NCBI GenBank assembly: GCA_012295275.1
Contig: CM022679.1
Coordinates: 2,976,001-3,040,000 of the forward strand
Direction: 5' to 3'
DNA: 64,000 bases
From: Chrysomallon squamiferum
Lineage: Eukaryota; Animalia; Mollusca
Shown: in pieces, positions 12,301-25,561 of the stretch
Layout: each line of letters opens with the position of its first letter
Numbering within the stretch: position 1 is the first letter of the stretch
Translations under genes and position numbers: made by a program
The notes under the pieces: generated by a model
Database searches by the model: none
What the model was told of the DNA's origin: nothing
Seen by the model: only the letters and a program-made list of their open reading frames with translations

Positions 12301-15300
12301 AAAGGAATAGTAAGAATTTTGGTCAGAGGTCATTAATTCGACAGGGACATCTGGACATGGAAGATGGATTTTCAGAAGAATCTGATGACAAGATGAAAGC
12401 TATTTCCAGTGCTGAAATTGTTTCTGATGGACTGAAAGAAAAACCATTGAGTCAAACATGTTTAAATGAAAGTGATTCAGAAACTGAAGAATATAAGGTA
12501 AAAAAAAAATAGTGTAAAAGAAATCATAATTTTTTAATTTTTTGTTTATATTTTAACAAAACGCTGTTATGATCACTTATGACTTTTTGAATAACTTTGA
12601 AATATAATAATTGTTGTTTAGTTCTTGTATTTATCTGTTTATATTTCTATCCTAAACTTGTGTAGAGTTGTCTGAACAATACTGAAATTAATTCTGTAAT
12701 ATTAAAGAAAACAGTGTCATACATTTTTACAATCTGTGAACTTTTTCAATGATATTGATCAATATTTCAATCATACATTAGTCTCTCTTTTTTTACACCC
12801 AATAACTGATTAGGTTTTTTTCATCTTGATTTGCTGTATGATGTTACTTTGTTAATACAGTTAACCTTACCTTCGTGCCAAGTAATTCATTAGAAATTGA
12901 TCTTGGATTGTTATTAAATTTTAATTTACTCGCACTGTTACTGTTTACGGGAGTTAGAAGTAATTTACTCACATCATTACTGTTTACAGGAGTTATTTAC
13001 TGACACTGTTACTGTTTACAGGAGTTATTTACTCCCACTGTTACTGTTTACTCGAGCTATTTACTCACACTGTTACTGTTTACAGGAGTTGGAAGTAACA
13101 CTGTGTAAATCGGAGACTGGAGGTCTTGGTTTCACAGTAGCAGGAAGTGTGCACACATCTGGGGGCTGCTACATCAAGGCTATAGTGTTAGAGCCAGCAC
13201 TTTCTGACGGTCGTCTCAGACCTGGAGACAAACTCATCAGGGTATGAACCATTACAGCTTTTGTAGTTGTTGTTGGTAATATTGTTTTTATCATTACTGT
13301 TGTTGATGTTATTATCATTATTGTTAATATTATTGTTGATGTTGTTGTTACTGTTATCTTTATTATCATCATCATCTCATTTGGGTGTTGAAATTCAGTA
13401 GTAACAAACACATTGGATATTTTAAATTTTGAAGGTGAAATTTTTGCAGTAGAAAAACCTAATATGAGTTAGCACAATGATTTTCAGGTGAACGGTCAAG
13501 ATGTGACCAACATGAATCATTTCGAAGCTGTAACGTGCCTGCGACGGGCTCCCTCTGAAGTGACCATTCGAGTCCAGCGAGGCTCTGGTCAGAAAATCTC
13601 CCCACAAAATAGTCTGACCAATGGTCACCAGAGAAGAAGAGGCAGTGCTGATTCGAATACACAGCAGAATAGTGTAAGTTGTTTGTTTTGATGTGTGTGT
13701 GTCTGTGTGTGTGACACAAATATGACACAAGCATTAGCAAGAAATTGATATCAAATTTATTTATCTGTCTAAGTATCATTTAATTCATTATACTGAAGAC
13801 TATCAAAATTATGAAAAATGCATACACGAGTTACTTACATAAATTTAAGCAGTGTTGTAAAATATTTATCTTTCACTTTCAGGTTGCTGTGACAGCAGAT
13901 TTAGGTCAGACACCCACACATGAGTTGCACTCAGAGAGTGTGTCATGCAGCCCCAGGAAATCAGTGGTCGCAGTCAAAGACAGAATCAAATCTTTTGAGA
14001 AATCTCGCACCCTCATCCAGCCTCGTCAGTACAGACAGACGTCTCCAGACAGTCAGCACGAAATGTCTGATGAGGAGAGGGACTCTTCAGAGGAAAAATT
14101 AACAGAAACTCCAGAGGTAATACTGTTCTGTTTGTGAGAAGGTTTAAAGTTAACATACAAGACAGGTAGTACTGTTCTGTTTGTGAGAAGGTTGAAAGTT
14201 AACATACAAGACAGGTAGTACTGTTCTGTTTTAATGTTACATTTGTAAGAATGTTCTGTTTGTGAGAAGGTTGAAAAACATACAAAACAGGTATTACTGT
14301 TCTGTTTTGTTTGAAAGACTCATGAGAAGTTAATCAAGACATTAATTTTGTCTGTAGAAGGTTGAAATTAAAGACTTAGTTCTGTTTTAGAAAGTTAACA
14401 TACAAGTGGAATAGGAAAAACATACAAACATACTTTTGAGACATCACTGTTTGTCTGTGAGTTAAAAAGAGAGATGGGGAAAAGATACTTTAAAGGTATC
14501 TGATGGTGACAGAACTGGTGAGCTAGTGAAAGAAAAAAACAGCAAGACACACCCACATCACAAAAGTGTTATTTCAACATCCAAGTAAATTTTGATCTAC
14601 TTCATGTTTAATATTTCATTGTATTGAAACTGTGATAATTTTTGTGTACAGTGCAGTGTGATTGAAATAGAGCTACAGAAAGCTGAGTCGGGTAGTTTGG
14701 GATTTAGTCTGATTACTGCAGAGAACAATGGACAGAGAGGTGTGTTTGTTAAAACTATCAGACATGGAGGTGCGGCAGATGTTGATGGCAGGCTGAAAGT
14801 TGGAGATCAGCTTCTTCAGGTAAGTGTACAGTAACTGATATTTAGAAAGTTAGCCAGCAGAAAACCTCCTGTATAAAAGTGTAAAGATTATAAAAAATAA
14901 AACAGAAACATGAAAATGATGATCTTTTTAAACTCTACTGTTTTCTTGTTATATTTGGTTTTTAAAATTGGACAACCACAAAACTAACAAAAAAAAACCC
15001 CAAAAAAAAAGAATATTATTAGAAAATATGCCCAATATATCTAAACTATCTCTTCATATTATGATTATCTAGAATTACTAATATATTAAATCTAAATATT
15101 ATGAATAGTTTCAGAAGTCTATCTTGTCTGTGATAAAATTTAAAGCACTTAGGCAGGATTATGCATTGTATCATGCACTATATTTTAAATGGAAATATTT
15201 TATTTAGCCACTTTCATATCAGTTTTTGCACTGCTGTGTCTACTGTTTTGAATTAAACTGAGAACAGATTTATTAACTGAAACTAGACACTATATGAAAC

Positions 15301-18300
15301 TTAATAGAGGATGTAATTTTATACTGAAATATTATTAATCATAAATTCATTTCCAAAGTCTAAATATGACCAGCATGAACATCTGTTACATACACATATA
15401 ATTATTACACTGTGATAGGCAGTGTTTTATCTGAAATCTTTGGGAGTGTGTTTTGTAATTATTGATCAATAATATTTCACAGTAAAATCTAATAACATGT
15501 TCTGTCAGAAAATTTAGAGTGATGCATACAAATGATTCTCAAAAAAAGAATAATTTTGTAGGTTGTATTTGTGGTTTATTCTGAAGTGCACGTGAAGGAT
15601 TGTTAAGTGGTGGCTTCTAAGTTGTTATTTAATAAATTAAAGTCTTAGTTTTTCTCACTGTGTTTATTTACAAAGGTGAATGGTCAGACTACAGAGGGAC
15701 TGAGTCACACTAAAGCTATAACAATACTGAAACAGTCACCAGACAGAGTCACTATCACAGTGTCCAGGTGATACATACTTAAACCTTACTCCTTTTTATA
15801 ACAATTCTGAGAGTCTAGATTTTCATCCAGAGTAATTTGTCTACTATCTTCCAGTTTACACATAACTGAATTCACTATTAATGTCATTAAATCTGCATTT
15901 GTTGACAAATCATCTGTTATTACTAATTTTTAACAATTTTCATCATTTTGGCCCATATAACAGATCTGTTCAGACAGTCTTAATTTTATAATTTAAATTT
16001 AAAAACATTAATTACTCAATTCATTATCCGTAAACATGAAGACAGATGAAACATTCTAGATGAAAATCTTGAAACTCAAAATTCGTAGAAATAATACAGT
16101 TTAACAAGTCCATAGTCAATCTATTCTACATAAAAATCTTAACTCAACTTCCATAAATCAGTTTACTTAAAAAAATGGTTATGTCATTTTGAGACATCAC
16201 ACAACAAACTTAAGTTTTGTATATTCTTAATATCTGAGCATCTGAAAATGTAAATAGAAAATAGCTTTACAGACAAGTAATGTTTTTGTTTATCTTATAT
16301 ATATTAGCTATTATTCTTCAGTTGGATTATCACTGTTAATATTTCATTAATTTTGTTATGATAAAACAAATATAAAACTTTTAAATTTAATAATTTTAAT
16401 GTTCAATTCCCTTGAAGAATTCTCCACTCATATCTAAAGTAATTATTTAGTAAAATAAGCATTATAAGTATTATAAATGACAAAATCGGTTTTTGATTTT
16501 TGATTTATTTTTGATTTTATTATTACAAACATTTCATAATGTTTATTTCACAGAGCACCATTTGAGTTAAACTTTGTGTCAGATGATTCACACAGTGTTG
16601 ATTCTCAACTGTCGTCTAGTCATGATTCACACAATGTTGATTCACAACCATTGTCTAGTCACAGAAGTGTTCACAACAGTACTGAGGTCGTGTTACCACA
16701 GCCCAAGAAAACCATTGACACAAAAACCAAGTCACACGTAGCTGCTGATGCAGATGCATCTGATGAAGACATAGACTCCATAGCTGATGATGCAGAGAGC
16801 TACCTGAAAGACAGCCAGGCATGTCTGGACAGTTCACTTGTCATACCTGCTGATGTCTCATTGGATAAAAGTGCTCAGAGTGAGAACAGTGAAGACAAAA
16901 ATGATATCTCAGATTATGTGTCACCACGGAAACTGCCTGTACGAAAGCCCCAGCCAATCACAGCTGACTGGCTGAGTTCCCTCCCTTTGTTGTCCATGTC
17001 AGAAGAGGATGAAGATGAAATTCTGGAACAGCTGCAGAAGCTGGCAGTCAAAGTGGAGAGTGGAGAGGCTTTTGAAGAGTTCATGGTAAGCAGGGGTTAA
17101 AGTGGGTGCAGTTGGGTTGGGTTGCGTGGGGTGTAGTTAAGTGGGATGAGTTGTGAAAAGGTTTGGAAATGAAGGTTGAAGATTCCTCATCCAAGCATTT
17201 CAACCTGTATCACAACGTGCATATTTAAATTAATTAATGCTTATATTTTTAATATATTGCATGCTGTTAATATTTATTTTTATCATTCAGACATCATATA
17301 CCAGATGTTTTAAAAATGATTAAACATTGATTAGTACTAAACATAATTATCCTCATTAAATATATACAAACTGCTGGTATATTAAAAGTAAGAGAAAAAC
17401 ACTATTGGAGTTGATAAATGGAGACATACAGAACAAGTTTAAGATACGTAGAATGAAAGAGAGATACGTGAAGAAAGGAGAGAATGAGAGTTACAGAGAG
17501 ACTCATAACAAAACTGAAACACTATCCTTTTAAAATAATGTTAATTAAAATGTCTAATTTCTTTAAACTGTTTATAAAAATAGTATTTGCTAATTCCAAG
17601 TAATACTGAATTATCTTCTGTTATGCTAAAGCTTGCCAAAAACCTTTTCAGTGTTTTTAATTTCATTAATTTAAATTCTTTCAGAATCTTCGTCAAATCA
17701 AAATGGAAGACAACAGTGAAGTTGCTAAGCTGCCAGACAACAAACCTAAAAACAGATACAGAAATGTGCTTCCTTGTGAGTCTTTATTTCTGATACTGTT
17801 CTTTACACTTGTTATTTTAATCTGTTGTTAATTGTTTGACATACACTTGAGGAGTCTCTGTTATTTGCTCAGGATAGTGTTTGAATGTTAGTATGTTAGA
17901 GAAGAGAGAGGCTGGATTGTCTTCATCTTTCTTCTTAATGTTTTAAAGCAGTCAGTACCAAGTTACGTTCCAGACACCTGTCAGTCTTCATTCCAGTGTT
18001 TTAATCAGTCTTTAATAGTGAACAGCTAAAAAGGTACAGTGGTAAATTCGGATATCTCTGTTGATAAAATTAACTAAACTACAACATTATAAAATAATAA
18101 TAAATAAAATAAAAAAACAAACCTAACAAAATTTACATTATTCCATTTCATTTTTAATTCCAGATGACTTCAACCGAGTCTGTCTCTCACCAGACAGTGG
18201 ATATATAAACGCTAGTCACATCAAGGTCAAGGTTGGGGAAGATGTGCTCTACTACATCGCCTGCCAGGGACCTCTACAGTCAACAGCCGATGATTTCTGG

Positions 18301-20459
18301 AAAATGATCTGGCAGCAGCAGGCCACTGTCATAGCGATGGTGTCGTTAGACATGGAAGCCAACAAAGTGAAATGTCATCGATACTGGTCAGACTGTACAG
18401 ACATTGCTCTTTCTGTCTGTGATGAGTAAGTGAGATGATTTAGTTAATTTGAGTGTTATTATTAATCCAAAGAAACTGTAGATTTATTTACAGACCTAGC
18501 TGTAGATAAACAGAAACTTTTACTTGGTGATGAAACTAAACAGGAAACAATAAACAAAATGTTATGGTGTTATTTTTATCATTTACTATATTCACATCCT
18601 GTTTTGCAGTGCTTTGCAGGTGACTCTAACCTCGGTCTGTCAGTTAGAAAGTATCGACATTCGCCAGTTCACTGTAAAAGAGGTAAAAACAGGTAAAACG
18701 ATGAATGTGAGTCATTTGAACTACACGACTTGGCCTGACCATGGAGTACCAGAAACAGCCATACCTCTGCTGCAGGTCAGCTTTGCTTTGTTCATGTTTG
18801 ATGTGTTCATGGTTTTGTGACAAAGCTACATAGTATGAGCAGTTGTAGAAAGAGAATTAATCTAAATATTTTTATAATCGTTGCAAAAAGTCTAGAATTG
18901 GGGCACATTTTTAAACGTTGTGTATATGCAAATAATGCCATTAAATATCTTTATGTGCACATCAAATTAATGATTCAAACATTGGTAGATGTGTAAATGA
19001 GTATTTTTGTTTATTATTTGTTACTAATAGCAGTGATAATAGTAATAATAAGGAACAATAGCTGTTGAAAATTGATAAAAAAGAGAAAAAACCTCTACAT
19101 AAAATATAATAAATAAGAACTTACTTATTATTACTAATAGTACAGATAAATATTAAGCACTGTTTAATACTAATAATAAAGGTAACATATTTGTTTTATT
19201 TCTAGTATATCAGACTGATACATGTGTTACACAGTGGTGGACCGATTGTTGTTCACTGCAGTGCTGGGATTGGTCGAACTGGAGCCCTTATCACCATAGA
19301 TGTAGCTCTTTCTCACACAGAACACCACTTGGAGGTAATATTTTCATCATTTCACTCTTTCTTGACACAGTTCTTTCTCACACAGAACACCACTTGGAGG
19401 TAATATTTTCATCATTTCACTCTTTCTTGACACAGTTCTTTCTCACACAGAACACCACTTGGAGGTAATATTTTCATCATTTCACTCTTTCTTGACAGTT
19501 CTTTCTCACACAGAACACCACTTGGAGGTAATATTTTCATCATTTCACTCTTTCTTGACACAGTTCTTTCTCACACAGAACACCACTTGGAGGTAATATT
19601 TTCATCATTTCACTCTTTCTTGACACAGTTCTTTCTCACACAAAACAGAACTTGGAGGTAATATTTAAATCATTTCACTCTTTCTTGACACAGTTCTTTC
19701 TCACACAAAACAGAACTTGGAGGTAATATTTAAATCATTTCACTCTTTCTTGACACAGTTCTTTCTCACACAAAACAGAACTTGGAGGTAATATTTTAAA
19801 TCATTTCACTCTTTCTTGACACAGTTCTTTCTCACACAAAACAAACTTGGAGGTAATATTTAAACCACTCTTTTTTTGAGTTCTTTTCTCACACAAAACA
19901 GAACTTGGAGGTAATATTTTCATCATTTCACTCTTTCTTGACACAGTTCTTTCTCACACAAAACAGAACTTGGAGGTAATATTTTCATCATTTCACTCTT
20001 TCTTGACACAGTTCTTTCTCACACAAAACATAACTTGGAGGTAATATTTTCATCATTTCACTTTTTTTTTTTAACATAATATTAGAAACAACATTTGTTA
20101 AATATTATGGATTACTACTGTATATCTCTTTCACACACAGCACACCACCTTGAGGTAATATTATTATCCCCAAAACATTTTGAGATTTGTTATATACAAA
20201 TGTTTCTAAATACATGGTGTCCTACTTATCTGAAGGTAAATGTGTTTGCTTTCTAACAGGTTTTATCTCTTTTCTTTCAGTACAACATTTTCGATATCGT
20301 TCATGACCTTCGCAAACAGAGACATGGAATGATTCAAACAAAGGTGAGATTTTTTAAATCAACTTTTTATAATTTAATTTATAATTTTTATTGTATTTAA
20401 TTTTTGCAGTTATTTTTCATTTCATATTTTTTATTTAAATTTAAAGAATGGTTTTTTTT

Positions 20460-20500
<41 letters not shown>

Positions 20501-20650
20501 CATTATTTTTTTTTTTTTTTTTTTTATTATTTAAAATTAAATACTTTTAAAAAAAGTTTTCTTTCTTGAAATGATGGTTTTATTTTGCAGGATCAGTATT
20601 TGTTTTGTTACACTGCCATCATGGAGGCACTTCTCAGTCAGACCGGCTGA
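365..20650 (+). CDS. PTPN13: Tyrosine-protein phosphatase non-receptor type 13-like (FERM + 5 PDZ + PTP), multi-exon, 5' end outside the window
   Basis: Phase-consistent GT-AG exons: 365-476, 710-784 (EFVGPEF), FERM 1220-1388, 1683-1830, 2137-2428, 2689-2739 (LPEYGIHY), 3259-3482, 3823-3911; linker 4376-4461, 5143-5189, 6131-6282, 7084-7146; PDZ1 7426-8037 (GIGLTIVGG..GRIKPGDRLLAING); 8474-8579; PDZ2 9250-9343, 9698-9758, 10361-10633; PDZ3 10841-11055, 11416-11508; 11754-12497; PDZ4 13086-13241, 13488-13673; 13883-14116; PDZ5 14652-14819, 15676-15767; 16554-17085; PTP 17685-17775 (KNRYRNVLP), 18164-18425 (YINAS, YIACQGPL, KCHRYW), 18610-18775 (WPDHG), 19206-19334 (VHCSAGIGRTG), 20281-20343 (RKQRHGMIQTK), 20591-20650 (DQYLFCY..TGA). 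The domain order matches the PTPN13 family. Confidence 0.93.
3671..3836 (+). repeat. Three ~50-60 bp tandem copies of the intron/exon acceptor junction of PTPN13 exon 3823
   Basis: ttggagattttataaa...tgtAGgggaagatatc(t/a)gct occurs three times. AGs at 3711, 3760 and 3821; the last is the true acceptor. Confidence 0.8.
12925..13100 (+). repeat. Five 32-bp tandem copies of the acceptor junction of PDZ4 exon 13086
   Basis: Unit tttactcacactgttactgtttacAGgagtta. AG intact at 12988, 13020 and 13084 (true); mutated in copies 1 and 4. Confidence 0.9.
14114..14410 (+). repeat. ~49-bp tandem repeat starting at the donor of exon 13883-14116
   Basis: agGTa(a/g)tactgttctgtttgtgagaaggtt(t/g)aaagttaacatacaagac, with GT at 14117 (true), 14166, 14215 and 14291. 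Later copies are scrambled. Confidence 0.85.
19306..20162 (+). repeat. 65-bp minisatellite (12 copies plus 1 degenerate) spanning the donor of the PTP catalytic exon
   Basis: Unit ttctttctcacacagaacaccacttggagGTaatattttcatcatttcactctttcttgacacAG. GT at 19335 (true), 19400, 19465, 19528, 19593, 19658, 19723, 19788, 19853, 19911, 19976, 20041 and 20155. Confidence 0.95.
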
Positions 20651-23600
20651 GTGGACGAAGAAACAAAACCTACAAACATATATTTACTGTTTACAAAACA
20701 CCCGTCCTTGAAGTTTTGTAAATACAGTATACAGAAATCCACAACATCTAATCCACATACACAACATTCACTGAAATCCAGAATATGCAAATGTATGTGT
20801 GATGTGATAATTAAATACATATATTATCAAATTTTTATGCAGTATATGTTGGCATGGAAGCCTGTTAATATGCAAACATAAGTTAGTTTATGTTAATGTC
20901 CATCCAGTTTTCTGAAAAAGTAGTTCTGACTTTGAAATCCATCCATTTTACCAAAGAACCGTCCATTTGCATTATTATATAACCATATCTTACATACATA
21001 CATATCTAAGTGTGTGTACATATATATATATAATGTGAGGTGATCCGTAGGTAAAAGAAAACAAATAAATGTTAGTTGTTGCAATCCTCAGATAGACAGA
21101 TGTTTTTTAGATGACACATGCTTGTCATTAAAAGTTCAGCATTAGTTTATAAGTGCTAGTTTCAGACTGTTGAACAAAATAAAAAATATATATATATATA
21201 TGTACATATACATTATACATACACACATACATCCTAGTGGTATAGACATTTAGCCATCTTTCATATATATATATAGATATATATATATATCTATATATAT
21301 ATATATATATACACATACATACACAGACACACATACATGTATGGTCTTATTTATTTTTTTATTTTATTCCCATTATATTTATCATACATAAGTCTAGTAG
21401 TTTTAGTATATTATTTATTACTGAAAGATCATGAACTTATAAGTAAAATGATCTAGTTGTCATTTCAGTGTTTTCTGATATGCTAATTTAACCATGCCAA
21501 AATATTTTTTGATAGATAGGAAAACATAATGTTATTGGATAATACTGTTTAGAAACGGTGATAGTTCAGGAGAATGTTTTAATGTATGTAGTGTGGTAAA
21601 ACAGAAACAAGCTTTAAATTGGTTTATAAAGATTAAACATGTCTTATTGTCTTGTGCCATAGATCAACTAAAAGATCAAAATACAGAACAAACATTAAGG
21701 AAATTCATTTTAAATACTGTGTTTTTTTATACATTTATTTATATCTATCTTTAGTTTATGTTTTTTAAATTTCCATTCATTTCCAATAATTTCATTCATG
21801 TGAGTTTGTTTACAGAGTTTCTTTTTCTGTCTATTTATTTATTAATTATTATTATTGCCCTTTTTTTTATATTTAAAAAAAAAAAAAAAAAAAAAAAATT
21901 AAAAAAAATGGACTGTTCTTTCAAAGCATAACATTGTGTTTAGTTTCAAAAGAGTATTTATGAAATTCTCCAAACTATGTTAGTCTACCACATCACTACA
22001 TTGTCACAAAGTGAATCATCTCATTATATTCATCTTTTAAACAAATTTTGAAAACTTTACCAACTGTAAATTGTTAGGAACTGTTTTTATGTTAACATTT
22101 TATAGATGTTACAATATAATCCTTTCATAAGAAATATTCTTTTATCTCAATCATAAACAATTTAACATAATTTTTTTTCTCTCAATTTGAAGCATTCTTG
22201 AAGAATAAATAATTTATACATTAACAAACAATAGCACTTTTTTTTTTTTTTAATTTTATTTTAAACACTTTGGTTATCATTTTCTTTAATTAGTTAGATA
22301 TTTAAAATATATCTTACTTAAAATGTGATGATACAATTTTGTTACATACTTATTTTTATGTTAGAATAAAACTTGGTTTTCACTGCAGAAGATTATATCT
22401 AACATTAATAATTATAGAGAACAAAATAACATTTCAATTTTTTGCTATTGCTTTTAAGGATATTAAAAAGTAAATATTATTATTATTGTTGTTTAATGTG
22501 GTTAATACAAATGATATACTTCACAAAATATGAAAAGACCACAAATAATTTTTGTATCTCTTCAGTATTCTGAATCTTTATATTTTATAAAACATTTTGT
22601 ATTATATCCATTTTATTTTTTAACCTTTTTCAATATCCAGTATTTCCTTACTATTATTAATGTACTTTAACATTTTATTTTAAAATAGTTCTTCAAAGGT
22701 TTTTCTTAACTTTGAAATGATATTATATTTACTTATTTACTTTGTGCAATATATAAACTTTGTTTCAAGTGAATACTTGACTATGACAATAACTGTTTCT
22801 AAACTTTTAACAAATTAATTAGAATAATACTTGATATTAATCAACCTGATTAAGATAATAGTCCATTTTGGGTTTCCAGAACTGTAATATAGTTTTGATT
22901 TGATCAGTGATCATAAAAGTGACTGATTAATACTTATAATACTGATAAACAGTGAAAAACCATACACCTCAATCTACAGATATCAAGGGTATTTTGGGGT
23001 GGATTTTATTTTTTATTTTTTTTAAGTCCTTATGACTGGAGGAGATTATTTATACCACTCTTCTAACATTTACAAAACTAACTAAATAAAATAAAATGAA
23101 AATTATTTTAAAAAACCAAAAAACATTCCTGAACATAATAAGATATTTTATTTAGACATATAAAAATAAATAATAATTAATAATAAAAAATCAGAGTGAT
23201 TACTTAGTTTATCTTTAATATCTAAAAAATAAATAAATAAGTAAAATAAAATAAAATATAAATAATGACTGATACTGTTTTGGAGTAAAATTATTTACCC
23301 AAGTCATGGAAATAGGTTAGTGTTATTAGGAGGTTATCATATTCAAGTATTCCTATTAAAATACTGAAGTAGCATTTGTAAAATTTCTGTGATAAGTTTT
23401 TTCTTCTAGTCTTTTCATTTTAATGAACTTGTATGCTTAGTGTATACAGATCTGACAGATATCTCATTTTTTAATGTCATAATAATACAGGCATAATATT
23501 TGTATTACAAAATACTAAATCAGAATTAGGATATATTGTTACAGTTTGATATTTCTGTATTTTATAGAACTGAAATACCTTTTAAAATAATAATAATAAA

Positions 23601-24771
23601 ATTATTAGCATTTATAATGATAACAAAATTAGTTGTAGTGTGCTTATATGTTGCTTAACAATTCTCATTTTATATGTATTAAAAATTATCTTAAAAGATG
23701 TTAAAAATGAAGTCAATACTAGTGAATAAATTAAAATAATATTCAGATCATAATTAACAGCCATATTATCAAAGAAAAGGCATTAAACCTATCATCTTGT
23801 ACATAATTTCATAATAGTCAAATTGTATTTATTTTGTAGGGCTTTGGTTTATTTAACAGTTTCAGTTTTAGAGGAAGACAACAGTGGAATTTTATATACA
23901 TTCATACGTACATAGTTTTGAATAAAATATTAAAGATTTTTTTTTTTTTTTTTTTTTATTAAATATGTTTTAGATGGCAATATATACTGAAAAAGAAGTT
24001 TTCAGTATATATTTATCAAAAACCAAATATAAATTTCATCACATGATTTAAAAAATGAAAATATATATAAACAAATAAAAAGACATTACTAAAAAGAAAA
24101 ACAAAAAAACAACAAAAAAACAACAACAAAAAAAAAAACATAAAAAAAGAGGTAGAGAGAAAAGAAAGAAATTGGTTGGAAAGGAATGTTTTGGATATGT
24201 ACCAAAAAAAAAAAAAATCTATAAATTTTATAAATTATATTTACTTTAATAATACACAGTAATCAAAATTAATTTTCTTTTCTTCTATTTAATGATTACT
24301 GTCACAATTTGAGCACAATATGCTTATGCCAAAATTTCTAAGATAATTACATATTCACATATACATATATTTACAAAGTGTTTTGGTTTCTTGTAATGGT
24401 TTTTATGTTTTTATATCCCATATACATAATATTCTCATTTAATATACTTCCTGTTTCTTATGTAATAAACATAATATTTCAAATATGATATTCATAATGT
24501 TAATATACTTGATATTTCAGATACAAAATATTTACTGGGAGAAATAATAACAAGGTTTAAAGTGTATTTACTGATTATTTTGTCATCCTATTTACTGTCA
24601 AGAGTAAAAAGAGAAATAAACAAATTAAAATAAACGTGTTATTGACAATTTTGTTTTCAAATGTTTGAGGTTCTGTGTCTGCATGTTAGTTCATATATAT
24701 ATATATATATATATGTATTCCCCTAAGCTATGAATATTGGATGCAGTTTTAAAACGTCTATTATGAGATTA

Positions 24772-25364
24772 TATACAGTACTAAATGCTTCCCAAACACT
24801 TTCTAAAGACACTCTTACTCATTAATTAAGTAATAATGTAGTAATATTGCATGCAGTTATGTATTTCACTAATGTAGTAATGATAATGTAAACACATTTT
24901 AATTTTGTACTGAAACAATATTTTAATCAGAAAGAAACGTAAGTACAGGAGGATTAGCATAGTTACCCATACAGTATTACTTTAGAAAGTCATTTTTGTC
25001 ATAACAACATTTGTATTAAAAGTGGAACAAATTTAAAGGCAAACAGACAGATAAATACAGTACGCACAGTTCAGGTAATAATAATACAATTCAGTAATAA
25101 TATGCAATTAAAAACATTATTAATACACGGTCACAAAAAATATGCACTGTACATACAGTGTATGCATTTATAAAAAAATACGTACTGTATTGCAATAATA
25201 ATTGAAAAAATTTGATATTGTTTGTGCGGTTTTACCGAGCATTTGTTTTTATGATGTTATGACCTTTTAGCCTGGTATACCAGCATACGATGCGATAGGG
25301 TTAAGAGCCTAACCCGCGAATATGGGGGCGCGAATGGGGACGAACAGGTGAGGGTATACTGTAT
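24772..25364. mobile_element. Possible truncated Tc1/mariner-pogo (Tigger-like) DNA transposon relic
   Basis: A CpG-rich patch at 25270-25363 ends in gagggtatactgTA, whose reverse complement TAcagtataccctc resembles pogo/Tigger termini. The upstream region is rich in tacagta. No matching left TIR was found. Confidence 0.35.
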
Positions 25365-25511
25365 ATATATATTTATTTCAGTTACCTGTCAGAAGTTTAT
25401 TAAATTTTTGTGTACTTATTGGTAGGTGCTGATACTGAAACATCCATGTCATAATGGGTGGGGTTTTTGTTGTTATTGTTCTTCTTCTTCTTCTTATCAT
25501 CATAATCATCA

Positions 25512-25561
<50 letters not shown>

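Noticed and set aside
19306-20060. CRISPR-like regular array
   Set aside because: Whole units repeat with no unique spacers, there are no cas genes, and it lies in a eukaryotic intron.
20650-24700. Poly(A) sites and long 3' UTRs for PTPN13 and PITPNC1
   Set aside because: AATAAA is ubiquitous in this AT-rich DNA, so transcript ends cannot be placed from sequence alone.
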